Positions 29,097-39,621 are shown, counted from the first letter of the stretch. The stretch is 64,000 bases of DNA from Myxococcota bacterium (GCA_039208735.1 JBCCQY010000041.1:1-64000); one strand, 5' to 3'. The notes: a model not told the origin generated them from the letters alone. A program made the numbers and translations.

Positions 29097-29984
29097 TCAG
29101 GCTTCGATTCCTTCGAACAGGCGTCGCACCCGAACGGCGTTTGGACCGGGTTCGATAGGATCGCCCACATTTCGCGCGAGTACGAATGCGAATTCGGCTC
29201 CAAAGAGCACCACCTGCGCCATGTAGTAGGCGTAGATGAGCACGCCGATGACCGCCCCCGTGGCTCCGAAGGCCGAGGCTTGGACGATCTCGCGAAGATA
29301 CCAGGCCATCACGTGCTTGCCGAGGACGAGGAGCCCTGCGCTTACCGCAGCCCCCACCAAGGCGTCTCGCCACTGCAAGCGCGCATCGGAGAGGGTCTTG
29401 AACACAATCGCGATGAACGTCATGCCCAGCAGGCCGGTGCTTAAGTCCTCGGTCAGCCGGAGCCACACCCAGTGACGGGGGAGGGCACCCGCGGCGGAAA
29501 GCGCGATGGACCGTAGGACCATCGAGACGGCGATGGATGTGAGCAGCAACACCCCGGTAAACAGCATGCTGCCAAAAGCCACGAGATGGCGTTGGGCCAC
29601 GACCAAGAACGAACCTCGTCGATTGGCTCGAACCCCCCAAATGAGGTTGAGGGTCGCCTGCAGGTGAAGCAGCCCCCGGAATGCCCCGAAGAGAAGGGTG
29701 AGCGCACCGATGACGCTTGCTCGAAAGTCGGTCTGGCTTCGTGCGGAGAGTTCGACCAGCCGCAGCACCGTGTGGGCGACCTCGTCCGTCGTGAGCACGG
29801 CCAGTTGGGCCGACAGCTCATCCCGGGCGGTCTGCTCCCCAAACACCGCACCGAGGATCGCAGTGGCAAGGAGCAACAGCGGCGCGCAGGCAAACAGCCC
29901 GTAGAACGCGAGCGCCGCCCCTTGTCGGCTCGCATTGTCGTGCTGCCATTCGTCCAGGGTCTCGATCACCAGTCGGATCACCAT
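29097..29984 (-). CDS. YihY/BrkB family membrane protein
   Basis: GAALAFY.LF...PLL, LQ.TLN.IW, FGATG and Y.MAQVVLFGAEF motifs. Confidence 0.9.
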   Translation of the reverse strand: MVIRLVIETLDEWQHDNASRQGAALAFYGLFACAPLLLLATAILGAVFGEQTARDELSAQLAVLTTDEVAHTVLRLVELSARSQTDFRASVIGALTLLFGAFRGLLHLQATLNLIWGVRANRRGSFLVVAQRHLVAFGSMLFTGVLLLTSIAVSMVLRSIALSAAGALPRHWVWLRLTEDLSTGLLGMTFIAIVFKTLSDARLQWRDALVGAAVSAGLLVLGKHVMAWYLREIVQASAFGATGAVIGVLIYAYYMAQVVLFGAEFAFVLARNVGDPIEPGPNAVRVRRLFEGIEA

Positions 29985-30222
29985 CGTGGGACCTCGCTGG
30001 GAAATCGGCAGCGGAAGGCAGATTCCCGCTCACGTTTGGGTCGGTCTAGGATCCGCGGCAAAGCTTGGGTGACGAAGACGTGAGCGTCCGGGCATGAGCG
30101 GCGGTTGGGCGTCCAGGGGTCATCCGGTCGTCAACCAAACGTCGGATCGGCTAAGGTGCCCGGGACCTGACGGTGCCCTCGAAGCAGACTCGACGGCCTG
30201 CATGCAGCAATTGGGGAAAGAC

Positions 30223-31911
30223 ATGTTCGCGTTGCTCTGGACCGCCCTTCTCGGATGCGGGAACGCCGACGACAACCAGCCGACCTGTCTCGAGACCGAC
30301 CGTATCCGCGTCTGGTTTGATGCCGACCGCGATGGGTTCGGCACGCCGGGCACGGAACGCACGATTTGCCCGACGGAGCGGGGCGCTCCCGAAGGATTCG
30401 CCACGAACGACGACGATTGCAACGACGCCGTGGCTTCGGTAAATCCAGGCGCGCTTGAAGAGTGTGACGGCCGCGACAATGACTGCGACGACGTCGCCGA
30501 TGAAGGCTTGCGGATTGTTCTGTTCTTCCTCGACGCGGACGGTGACGGATTCGGCTCGCCCGACCTGTCGCTCACCATCGAATCGTGTGCGCCTCCGCTG
30601 GGCTTCGTCGAAAACCGGCAGGACTGCAACGACGACGACGCGGCGATCAACCCGCTTGCGCTCGAAATCTGCGACAACCGCGACAACGACTGCAACCTGC
30701 TCATCGACGATGACGACCCCTTCCTCGATCTGGAGCAGGCCCCGCGTTGGTACGAAGACGTCGACCTCGACGGGTTCGGCAACGAAGATGAAGATCGCGT
30801 CGTCATTCAGTGCACGCCGCCGGACTCCAATTTCACGAACGACAACCAAGACTGCGACGACACCCGGCCCGAGATTTCGCCGAATGCGGCCGAAGTGTGC
30901 AACCGCATCGACGATGACTGCGACGACCTGATCGATGATTCTGACCCCGACATCGATCCCAACGAGCAGGTGCTGTTCTACGCGGACGACGATCTCGATG
31001 GCGCGGGCGACCCCAACGTCACGCAGCTGGCGTGCTTCCAGCCTTGGTTCTTCGTCGACAACGACATCGACTGCGACGACGACGAGCCGCTGCTTACGGT
31101 TCCCGCTCCGTGGTGGGTCGACGGCGACAGCGATGGGTTTGGGGCTGGCGATCAGTCCGAGCCGTTGTGCGTTCGTCCCACGTCCGACCATGTGCTGGTG
31201 GCCCGTGGCGAAGATTGCGACGACACCAACATCTTCAACAACCCTGACGCGACCGAGATCTGCGATGGCCTGGTGGGCGTCGACAACGACTGCGATGGCC
31301 TCATCGACACTGATGACCCGAGCCTCGACGACAGCACCACATTCCAGTTCTGGGCCGACATCGATCAGGATGGCTTCGGTGACCCGCTGGTGAGCGAGTT
31401 CGCGTGCTCGGCCTCGATGGGCTTCATTGACAACTTCGATGACTGCGACGACGGCGACCGCGACGTTTTCCCCGGAAGCATCGAAGTTTGCGACGGCATC
31501 GACAACAACTGTGACGCGTTGATCGACGACCTCGATCCGAACGTGGATCTCACGGGGGCGCCCACCTTCTGGGCGGATGCCGACAATGATGGCTACGGCG
31601 ACCTCAACACCCCGTTCCAGGCCTGCTTGCAGCCCGATGGCTTCGTTGACAACAGCGTAGACTGCGACGATACCGACGATAGCCAGCTGGTCGATGGCAC
31701 GTGGCTCTTCGACCTCGATGGTGACGGCGTTGGTGAAGGCGTCGAGTCGACCGAGGTGCAGTGCACCGCCCCGTTCGCGAACTACGTGCCTTCCTTCAAC
31801 GGGGTGGACTGCGCGCCTGGCGATCCCGACCGCTTCCCCGGCAACGAAGAGATCTGCAACAACGGGATCGACGAAGACTGCGTCAACGGCGACCTGCCCT
31901 GCTTCCCCTGA
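30223..31911 (+). CDS. Cys/Asp-rich repeat lipoprotein (MopE-related putative metal-binding motif, about 8 repeats)
   Basis: Eight DxDxDG(F/Y/A/V)G...C...DCxD units, many followed by P...E.C...DNDC; lipobox LLGC. Confidence 0.85.
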   Translation: MFALLWTALLGCGNADDNQPTCLETDRIRVWFDADRDGFGTPGTERTICPTERGAPEGFATNDDDCNDAVASVNPGALEECDGRDNDCDDVADEGLRIVLFFLDADGDGFGSPDLSLTIESCAPPLGFVENRQDCNDDDAAINPLALEICDNRDNDCNLLIDDDDPFLDLEQAPRWYEDVDLDGFGNEDEDRVVIQCTPPDSNFTNDNQDCDDTRPEISPNAAEVCNRIDDDCDDLIDDSDPDIDPNEQVLFYADDDLDGAGDPNVTQLACFQPWFFVDNDIDCDDDEPLLTVPAPWWVDGDSDGFGAGDQSEPLCVRPTSDHVLVARGEDCDDTNIFNNPDATEICDGLVGVDNDCDGLIDTDDPSLDDSTTFQFWADIDQDGFGDPLVSEFACSASMGFIDNFDDCDDGDRDVFPGSIEVCDGIDNNCDALIDDLDPNVDLTGAPTFWADADNDGYGDLNTPFQACLQPDGFVDNSVDCDDTDDSQLVDGTWLFDLDGDGVGEGVESTEVQCTAPFANYVPSFNGVDCAPGDPDRFPGNEEICNNGIDEDCVNGDLPCFP

Positions 31912-31968
31912 CCGGGAAAGAGCCCCTGGGTTAGCGGCCTCGTCACGAGCGCGCAGCCGGGGGTGGTC

Positions 31969-34725
31969 ATGCGTCGATGGATGGTGGGGAGTGTCGTCGG
32001 TCTTGGCGCACTCCTCGTTTTGTTGGGCTTGGTGCTTCCGGGGATCCTGGCCGGTCGGATCAAAGAGGCGGTTCGGGAGCAGGCCAACGCATCGTTGAAG
32101 GCCGATGTCGAGATCGGTGACATCGCGGTCTCGGCGTTCTCGCAGTTCCCGCAATTAGAAGTGCGCATCGACGACGTCGCGATTCGCGGCCGCGAGCCCT
32201 ACGAAGGCGTCGATCTGATGACGTTCGAGGCGTTGAATCTCGGGGTCGACCTGTGGAGCGCGGTCGCTGGACCGGCCATCGAGATCCAGAAGGTCGAGTG
32301 GGTTTCGCCCAAGCTCGACATCCGCATTGAAGAGGATGGGTCTGGCAACCTCGACATCTTCCCCGAAGCCGAAACGGTCGAAGCCGAGGATGACACGGCG
32401 GGCGCGTTTGCGTTGGAGCTGCAGTCGCTCACGGTGACCGGTCTCGACCTCGACTATGCCGATGCAAGCTTAGGGTTCGCAACCCAGCTTCGGAACTTTG
32501 GCACAACGCTCTCCGGCCGCGTCGATCAGGACGTCGTCACCGTGGCCGCCTTTGTCGATGCGGAGGCCTGGTCGCTCGAAGAGGGAGGCGTGTTGTTGCT
32601 GCGGAATGCTGCGCTTCGCGCGGATGTGGACCTCGACTACGGACTCGAAACCGGGGCCATCACCCTTCGCGACAACCTGGTCAACATCAACGAACTCGCG
32701 GTTTCCTTTGCCGGCACGGTGACGCCGGTCGGAGAAGACACCGACCTCGATCTGACCTACGCATCCAAGCAGACCTCATTCAAGGCCCTGCTTTCGATGG
32801 TGCCCGCAGCCTACATCGAGGGCTACGAGGACGTGAAGGCCGACGGCACCTTTACGTTGGCAGGAACCGCGAAGGGTCGGCTACCGGCCGAAGGTGATGA
32901 TTTACCCGGGTTCTCTCTGGACATTACGGTCGACGACGGCCAGGTGCAGTACCCTGACCTTCCCTCATCGATCGACGACATTGCTCTGACCATGGCGGTT
33001 GCGCATCCCCAGGGTCCGGCCGATGCGACGACCATCGACATCTCGCGCTTTGCCTTTTCGGTGGCGGATGCCCCCATGGCGGGCCGGCTCAAGCTGACCC
33101 ATCCCGTGACGGACCCCAACGTGGTTCTGGTCGCCTCGGGCACCCTCGACTTCAAGAAGCTTGGCGCAGCCATGCCAAGCGAGGGCCTGCCGCCCGAGGG
33201 CGTCGTCGAACTCGATTTGGCGGTCGAAGGACGAGCCAGCGACTTTGAGGCTCGGAATGCCGATGAGGTTCGCGCCATCGGGACGGTCAACGCGCGCAAC
33301 CTCATGCTGGTGGACACGGGCTACGCAACGCCCATTCGCGTTTCCCGGATGACGCTGCAGTTTGACCCACGGGTGGTCGATGTGCCTCGCCTTGAGATGA
33401 CCTGGCTTGGGTCTGACCTTTCGGGAACCGCGCAGTTCGACAACTTCGTGCCCTACATGCTGGGCACCGCGCCGCTCGCCGGGCGCATCGATACCACCTC
33501 CCGCACGCTCGACCTGCGGCCGTTCCAGGGCGAATCTACGGGCGAGGGAAAGGCGGACGAAGGGTCGGAGGGTGTGGTTGCGGTGGTCCCTGAAGATCTC
33601 GATCTGAAACTCGGGGCCGACTACGCCGAAGTCTTGACGTCTGACTTTCGCATGCGCGACATGAAAGGCCAATTTTCCGTTGCCGATCAGTCGTTGGTCA
33701 TCGATGAACTGACCGCGTCGATGCTCGGTGGCCGGGTCCGTATCTCGGGTCGCTACACTGCGAAAACCCCCGAATCGGCCGACATCGACTTTCGCATCGA
33801 GACCATCGCCTTTGATCTGCGTCAGACGGTCGGCGAGTTCGAAACGCTGTCGCGCATCGCGCCGCTGCTGAAGGGCGTCAATGGCGCATTCGACTCCGAC
33901 TTCGCGATGACAAGCCGCATCGATCGGGAGGGCAATCCTGATCTCACGGCGCTGGCTTCGAAGGGTGCAGTGCGGGCGCAGGGCCTCACGTTTACGCCGC
34001 AGGCCCTGAACGCGGCGGCGGGGAAGCTCAATCGGCCATCCCTCAATTCGCTGGAGCTTGCCCAACGCAGCGTCGAGTTCGTGATCGAGGAAGGGCAGCT
34101 GCGGTTCGACCCGTTCGACGCCATCATCGGTGGGTTGCCGGCTCGCGTGTCTGGAGGAGCCGGCATCGTGGAGCGAACGCTCGATCTGGCGATCGGACTC
34201 GATGTGCCGGCCCGCTCGTTGGCCGGCTCCCCCCTCCTCAAAGGGTTGACGGGCACTGGAAATACGCTGGGCGTCGACCTGGACATCACGGGGTCCTACG
34301 ATGCTCCCAAGGTCGGCGTGAAGCTCGCCGATGGGGCGTCGCTTGGTGAGGCGATCGCCGATGAAGCGCTCGATCGCGTCGGCCTTGGACGGGAAGAACG
34401 CGTGGCCCAGGCGACCAGGCGAGGCGATCAACTGGTCGCTGAGGCCGAGGCACGCGCCGCGTCCGTCCGGTCCAATGCCAAGACGCAAGCCGACAACCTT
34501 CGTCGGGAAGGCGAGCGGACGGCCAAGCGGTTGATCCGGGAAGCCGGCAACAACCCGATCAAGAAGGTCGCGGCCAACAAGGCGGCGGATGTGACCCGAA
34601 AGCAGGCCAACAAGGCGGCCGACCGGGTCGAATCTGAGGCCAACCAACGCGCGGACCGCTTGGTCAAGGAAGCTCGAGACCAGCGCTCGAAGCTGATTGC
34701 GGAGGCTCGCTCCGGCGGCGATTGA
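31969..34725 (+). CDS. AsmA-family protein
   Basis: N-terminal TM anchor, long beta-rich body with FP.L.V and G..N.D motifs, helical C-terminal tail. Confidence 0.8.
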   Translation: MRRWMVGSVVGLGALLVLLGLVLPGILAGRIKEAVREQANASLKADVEIGDIAVSAFSQFPQLEVRIDDVAIRGREPYEGVDLMTFEALNLGVDLWSAVAGPAIEIQKVEWVSPKLDIRIEEDGSGNLDIFPEAETVEAEDDTAGAFALELQSLTVTGLDLDYADASLGFATQLRNFGTTLSGRVDQDVVTVAAFVDAEAWSLEEGGVLLLRNAALRADVDLDYGLETGAITLRDNLVNINELAVSFAGTVTPVGEDTDLDLTYASKQTSFKALLSMVPAAYIEGYEDVKADGTFTLAGTAKGRLPAEGDDLPGFSLDITVDDGQVQYPDLPSSIDDIALTMAVAHPQGPADATTIDISRFAFSVADAPMAGRLKLTHPVTDPNVVLVASGTLDFKKLGAAMPSEGLPPEGVVELDLAVEGRASDFEARNADEVRAIGTVNARNLMLVDTGYATPIRVSRMTLQFDPRVVDVPRLEMTWLGSDLSGTAQFDNFVPYMLGTAPLAGRIDTTSRTLDLRPFQGESTGEGKADEGSEGVVAVVPEDLDLKLGADYAEVLTSDFRMRDMKGQFSVADQSLVIDELTASMLGGRVRISGRYTAKTPESADIDFRIETIAFDLRQTVGEFETLSRIAPLLKGVNGAFDSDFAMTSRIDREGNPDLTALASKGAVRAQGLTFTPQALNAAAGKLNRPSLNSLELAQRSVEFVIEEGQLRFDPFDAIIGGLPARVSGGAGIVERTLDLAIGLDVPARSLAGSPLLKGLTGTGNTLGVDLDITGSYDAPKVGVKLADGASLGEAIADEALDRVGLGREERVAQATRRGDQLVAEAEARAASVRSNAKTQADNLRREGERTAKRLIREAGNNPIKKVAANKAADVTRKQANKAADRVESEANQRADRLVKEARDQRSKLIAEARSGGD

Positions 34726-34761
34726 GGTCGTTACGGGGTCCACCACTTCGGGAGCCCCCGC

Positions 34762-35631
34762 GTGCGCGGTATCGTTCTGATGGTGGCCGCGGTCGCCTTG
34801 TTCTCGGTCATGGCGGGGTTGGTGAAGATCGGCACCACCTCCTATGGCTACCACCCCCTCGAACTCGTGCTTTGGCGCTCGCTGACCAGCTTGCCCCCTG
34901 CTTTTCTGCTCGCGCAGGGGCGACTGCACGTCACGTCGCGAAACTGGCTGCTCGCGCGCTGCCTTTTCGGGTTCGTCGCCATGTTGTCGTGGTTTACGGC
35001 GAGCCGTGGTCTGTTCGTGGGAGAACTCTCCGTTCTCTCCCGGCTCCAGCCGATTTTTGTGGGGGTGATGGCGCCGCTGTTGCTCGGGCAGTCCGAGCGT
35101 GGCGGGGCCGGGTTGTGGACGGCCACGGGGCTTGGGCTGCTGGGATCGATCATCCTCATCAGCCCCGACTTGGCGTCGTTCGAAGTCGAGCGGCTCGGGG
35201 CCGCGGGTCTCGCCGTGCTTGCTGCCGGCACCTCCGCGCTGGCGCACACCTGCCTGCGAGCCTTGGGAGCCACCGACGACCCGCGCACCATCGTGTTCTG
35301 GTTCCAGTTGGCCGTCGGGATCATCGCCGCCGTGCTCGTGTTGGTCACCGGGCTTCCGCTGACCCTTCCGCCGGTGGAACATTTGCCCGTGTTGCTCGGC
35401 ATTGGCCTGTTCGCGGTGAGTGGCCAGCTCATGCTGACCGCGGCGTATCGGGCGGGCCAGGCCCAACGGGTGGCGACCGCGAGCTACATCGGTCCCGTGC
35501 TCGGATTTGCCTTCGATGCGGTCGTATTCGGAGCCGTTCCTACGGTCGCGGCGGCCACGGGCGCGCTGGTGGTCCTGGCCGCAGGTGGCGTGCTGCTTCG
35601 GATCAGTGACCGTTCTCCGACGGGTTCGTAA
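34762..35631 (+). CDS. DMT/EamA family transporter
   Basis: About 10 TM helices in two EamA-like repeats; GQLMLT.AYR motif. Confidence 0.85.
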   Translation: MRGIVLMVAAVALFSVMAGLVKIGTTSYGYHPLELVLWRSLTSLPPAFLLAQGRLHVTSRNWLLARCLFGFVAMLSWFTASRGLFVGELSVLSRLQPIFVGVMAPLLLGQSERGGAGLWTATGLGLLGSIILISPDLASFEVERLGAAGLAVLAAGTSALAHTCLRALGATDDPRTIVFWFQLAVGIIAAVLVLVTGLPLTLPPVEHLPVLLGIGLFAVSGQLMLTAAYRAGQAQRVATASYIGPVLGFAFDAVVFGAVPTVAAATGALVVLAAGGVLLRISDRSPTGS

Positions 35632-36997
35632 GGCGCGGTCCGGACAGGGTCACGGTGAGGCCTCCGGTGGGGGGGCCCTCGAAGGTGATCGTGAACTCTG
35701 CACTTTTGGCCACTGCATTGACAATGGCGATGCCGAGGCCCTTGCCGGTCAGTCGCGGATTGGGGCCCCGGGTGCGAGAGGGGTCGGTGTCGCGCTCGAG
35801 TCGCCGTCGCGCGAGGTTCCTCACGACGGCCTCGGGCATCGGCTCGCCCGCGCTCGCCACCGTGATGCGGAACCCATCGGCGGTCGCGTCGAGCACCATG
35901 CCGACGTCTCCCGTTCCGTGGATGATGCCGTTGTGAACCAGGTTAGCCAGAGCACGCTCGGCCAGCGCGGGTCGACAACGGGCCCACACGGGTTCATCGG
36001 GAAGGGCGGCGGCAACGGTGCCCCCGAGGAGCCGCCCCAAAATCGCAAACCGAGCTTCGACGCGACGCACCACTTCCGTGAGGTTGACCTCTCCGCCTTT
36101 GGCGGACAGGCCGCCGGTCATGCGGGTGGCCTGATGAAGGTTGTCGGCCAGGGCCTCAAGATAGGCCACCTCGAGCCGCGCTTCTCGGACCGTCGTGCTC
36201 GCGGCACCGAGATGTTGGGCACCGAGATCCTCGAGCATGAGCTGGAGCGAGGCAAGGGGCGTACGCAGGTCATGAGCCACCGTCGCCAAGTGATGTTCGA
36301 GGGCTCGATGGCGGCGCACACGCTCGGCCCGGTCGGTGACGATTCGATGATGAGCCTCGTCCAACGTCCAGGAAATCCGCCCGATTTCATCGTCGCCGGG
36401 ATCGTGAGCGGACACGAAGGTATCGCTCCCCACGCCCCGCGCAGACTCGTCGAGCCGCGACAATCGTTCGACCAAGGGCCGCACGGCCAACACGATGGTC
36501 GCCATCAACGCCCCGGTGAGTCCGAGGAGGGTAATGACGAGGGTCGAGCGGCGAAGCCATGGCAACCCGGCAAAGCGGGGGGGCGGGTCAGCGTAGAGGA
36601 TGGCGCATGGCCCGTCATCGCGGATGCGCTGGATGGCCGCCCGCCGCCACCAGGGGCCCTCGGAAAGTTGCCACTGACGAGCGTTCTCCTTTGGAACCTC
36701 CACGAACACGTCGGCCGGGAGTGAGGGTGCATCCGGGTTGTGCGGGTGTCCCGAGGCGTCGTAGGCCCAAAGATGGAACATGGGTTCGTAAAGGCTGAAG
36801 CGGGTTGGGTCCTCAAGGCATCTGGCCTGCTCGTCGGGTCCCACCATCGTGGTGAGATCCGACAACCGGAGGGTGTTGCTGAACCAAATGATGAACGACG
36901 TCAGGCCCACCACGACGAACAAGCACATCAAGGCACCGACCGCCGAGGCGGTGAGAATCCGGGAGCGGATGGAGCGAGGCGAACGGCTAGCCGGCAT
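35603..36997 (-). CDS. HAMP-domain sensor histidine kinase
   Basis: Two TM helices, HAMP (DDEIG), H-box AHDLRTPL, N-box NLVHN and G2 GLGIAIV. Confidence 0.88.
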   Translation of the reverse strand: MPASRSPRSIRSRILTASAVGALMCLFVVVGLTSFIIWFSNTLRLSDLTTMVGPDEQARCLEDPTRFSLYEPMFHLWAYDASGHPHNPDAPSLPADVFVEVPKENARQWQLSEGPWWRRAAIQRIRDDGPCAILYADPPPRFAGLPWLRRSTLVITLLGLTGALMATIVLAVRPLVERLSRLDESARGVGSDTFVSAHDPGDDEIGRISWTLDEAHHRIVTDRAERVRRHRALEHHLATVAHDLRTPLASLQLMLEDLGAQHLGAASTTVREARLEVAYLEALADNLHQATRMTGGLSAKGGEVNLTEVVRRVEARFAILGRLLGGTVAAALPDEPVWARCRPALAERALANLVHNGIIHGTGDVGMVLDATADGFRITVASAGEPMPEAVVRNLARRRLERDTDPSRTRGPNPRLTGKGLGIAIVNAVAKSAEFTITFEGPPTGGLTVTLSGPRLTNPSENGH

Positions 36998-37661
36998 CGA
37001 TTCGGTATCCCACGCCAAACACCGTTCTGACCAGTGCCCCATCGGGCCCAAGTTTTTTGCGGATGCGCGAGATGTGACTATCGACGGTGCGCTCGAGTCG
37101 CTCGCTATCTTCAGGCAACGCCTTTGCCGCGAGTTGTTCCCTGGAAAACGCACGGCCTGGCGCGGTCACGAGCGTGGCAAGGACGTTGAACTCATGGGCG
37201 GTCAGGCCGAGGGAGGTGCCCTCGCGCCGGACATCGCGAGCGTCGAGATCGACCGCACAAGCCCCGAGCTCCAATACACGAGTGGGTTCAGTGGCCCGAA
37301 CCCCGAGACGAGCGCGAATGCGGGCCACGAGTTCTTCGAGGAAGAAGGGTTTGACCAAGAAGTCCACCGCACCAAGGGCAAAGGACTGCAGGCGGTCTTC
37401 GAGGTCGGTGCGGGCTGTGAGCACGATCACCGGCACCGACGTTCGCCCTTCCCAGGTCCGCAAGATTTCAAAGCCGTTGCTTCCGGGCAGCATAAGGTCG
37501 AGGACGACCAGATCGAAGGGTTCTTCCCGAAACCGCTCCTTGCCCAGGGCGCCGTCTGCGGCCAGCGTGGCGTCGAAGCCCTCACGGATCAGGCCGGAGA
37601 CGACCTGGGCCCCGATTCGGGGATCGTCTTCGATGACCAAAATGCGCGATGCGGCGCTCAT
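36987..37661 (-). CDS. OmpR-family response regulator
   Basis: ILVIEDD, LDLMLP, LTAR, KPF, and winged-helix LT..EF...RTVDSHISRIRKKL...TVFGVGY. Confidence 0.93.
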   Translation of the reverse strand: MSAASRILVIEDDPRIGAQVVSGLIREGFDATLAADGALGKERFREEPFDLVVLDLMLPGSNGFEILRTWEGRTSVPVIVLTARTDLEDRLQSFALGAVDFLVKPFFLEELVARIRARLGVRATEPTRVLELGACAVDLDARDVRREGTSLGLTAHEFNVLATLVTAPGRAFSREQLAAKALPEDSERLERTVDSHISRIRKKLGPDGALVRTVFGVGYRIDAG

Positions 37662-37738
37662 GAACTCCTCCGGTTCCCTTGCTCACTCATGTTCGGCCAT
37701 GATGGAGGACTCATGGAGTTCTGCACAACGGGGCGAGC

Positions 37739-38794
37739 ATGAAGATCGGCGTCTTGACCAGCGGGGGCGATGCGCCCGGGATGAATGCGGCCATTCGGAC
37801 CGTCGTGAAGACGGCGGTGAGCCTTGGCCACACCGTTTCGGGCATTCGTAATGGATACGAAGGGTTGCTCGATGGCCAGGCGGAGCCGCTACCCTTGACC
37901 GTTGTCGATGGGTTGTCCCGACTGGGGGGCACGGTGCTCGGGTCGGCCCGTTCGAAGCGATTTCCTACTGAGGAAGGGCAACGCCAGGCGGTCGAGCAGA
38001 TCGGGGTCATGGGCCTCGATGCCCTCGTTGTGATCGGGGGCAATGGGAGCCTGACGGGCGCGCATGTGCTTGCGCAGCGGCAACCTTGCCCCATCATCGG
38101 GCTGCCCGCTTCGATCGACAACGACATTGGGTTTACGCGCCTGTCGATCGGGGTGGACACCGCCGTCAACACCATTGTGGAGGCGTGTGACCGCATTTCG
38201 GACACCGCTGCTGCGCACCGACGAGCCTTTGTGGTGGAAGTCATGGGCCGGCACTGCGGCTACCTCGCGATGCGCGCGGGCATTGCGGCAGATGCCGATG
38301 CCATCCTGTTTGCCGAGGCGGGACTGGATCGTGACGCCATCTTGGTAAAGCTCAAGATGCTCCTCGATCGCTCCTTCACCGAGGAGCGAGGGAAACTGCG
38401 ACTGCTCGTCGTGAAGGCAGAAGGGGTGGCGGTCTCGAGCCGCGAGCTCGTTCAGGTCATGCAAGAGCACGTCGATCGGCACATCCCCGGGGTCTCGGTG
38501 CGCGAAACGGTGCTGGGTCACGTAGTGCGCGGAGGGGCTCCAAGCGCGCTCGATCGGCTGATCGCCCAGCGCCTGGCGGGGGGGGCCGTTCTCGCCCTTC
38601 TGAATGGCGCACATGACGAAATGATGGCTTGGGACTCACCTCCCGTCGGTAGGGAGACCCGGGACCCTTCGGTGCGACGGATTCCGTTGGACGTGGTGCT
38701 CACCGAGACGAAAGCGATGCTCGATGGAACGAGCCCTGCGATGAAGGGTCGTGTGGCTCTGTTGAACGAGGCGGAGTCCATCCTCGCCTTGTAA
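37739..38794 (+). CDS. pfkA: 6-phosphofructokinase
   Basis: GVLTSGGDAPGMNAAIR, GGT.LGSAR, GGNGS, SIDND, EVMGRHCG and LGHV.RGG motifs. Confidence 0.93.
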   Translation: MKIGVLTSGGDAPGMNAAIRTVVKTAVSLGHTVSGIRNGYEGLLDGQAEPLPLTVVDGLSRLGGTVLGSARSKRFPTEEGQRQAVEQIGVMGLDALVVIGGNGSLTGAHVLAQRQPCPIIGLPASIDNDIGFTRLSIGVDTAVNTIVEACDRISDTAAAHRRAFVVEVMGRHCGYLAMRAGIAADADAILFAEAGLDRDAILVKLKMLLDRSFTEERGKLRLLVVKAEGVAVSSRELVQVMQEHVDRHIPGVSVRETVLGHVVRGGAPSALDRLIAQRLAGGAVLALLNGAHDEMMAWDSPPVGRETRDPSVRRIPLDVVLTETKAMLDGTSPAMKGRVALLNEAESILAL

Positions 38795-38799
38795 GCTGG

Positions 38800-39621
38800 C
38801 TAATGGGCCCAAGCGATGGCTTCTCCGTCTTCGTCGGTGGGAAGTGAGGCCTCGAACTCGGTCCAGGTGATGTCGCCCCTTTGATAGAGCGCTTCGAGCG
38901 TGGCTGCATAGGTGTCCTCAACCTCGATGGTCTCTGCGTTCTCGAGGTATTCGAGTTCGCAATCGGGGCAGGTGCAGGTCTCGTGGTGCCACTCGTCCTC
39001 TTCCCGTTCGATGGGTTGGGGAGGTAGCGACGAAGGCGCGGCGATGGGGGCAGCCACTTCGGCCGCGCCCCTTGCGACGGCCACGGCGACGAAGTCAGGG
39101 TCGCCCGCCACCCATCGAAGCCGAGGCACGGCTGGCCAAAGGCGGTGGAACAAGGCATCGCCTTGGCCATTCACGGATTGCAGAACGAGGGTGTGCAGCG
39201 CCATATGGGGGCCCGTGCACGCGAGGCTCGTGACCGCACGGCGAAGGTCTCGGTCGGGCCAATTCCACAGGTACAACGCTTCGAGGAAGGCGAGGGCGGG
39301 ATGCGCGAGCACCTGATCGAGTCGCTCGGCGAGGCCCCGGCTGCCCGGCAGAGCGAGCAGCGTCAGTCCCCGAGGCAGCCCGCGGTCGAAGGTGAGACCG
39401 ACCCGGGCCTCGCAGCCTGCGAACAGGGTGTCGCGAAGGCGTCGTTGCAGCACGACCTCGCGTTCTCTGGCTCCCGGCCCCGGGCAGAACGCGTTCGCGA
39501 TGAGTGCGCCGAGGAGTTCGTCCCGTTCGTTGAGCCAATCCCCGAGAATACGCAGTGCATCGTTGTCTTCAGGATGCAGTCGAACTCGTTGCCAGAGGGT
39601 TTCAGGGGGCGACGCGTCCAT
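38800..39621 (-). CDS. Hypothetical protein with a TIGR02996-like N-terminal motif and short LRR-like segment
   Basis: HPEDNDALRILGDWL.ER..LG.LI and F.RGLP motifs; acidic C-terminus with CTCPDC. Confidence 0.6.
   Translation of the reverse strand: MDASPPETLWQRVRLHPEDNDALRILGDWLNERDELLGALIANAFCPGPGAREREVVLQRRLRDTLFAGCEARVGLTFDRGLPRGLTLLALPGSRGLAERLDQVLAHPALAFLEALYLWNWPDRDLRRAVTSLACTGPHMALHTLVLQSVNGQGDALFHRLWPAVPRLRWVAGDPDFVAVAVARGAAEVAAPIAAPSSLPPQPIEREEDEWHHETCTCPDCELEYLENAETIEVEDTYAATLEALYQRGDITWTEFEASLPTDEDGEAIAWAH

Noticed and set aside
30300..31880. Recurring GACTGCGACGAC-like motifs
   Set aside because: These are protein-level Cys/Asp repeats in one frame, not a CRISPR array or mobile repeat.
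30151..32154. Long antisense ORFs (667 aa here; also 32965-35466, 40196-41767, 18908-20320 and others)
   Set aside because: These are shadows of real genes on the opposite strand, expected with high-GC codon bias, and they carry no recognisable motifs.
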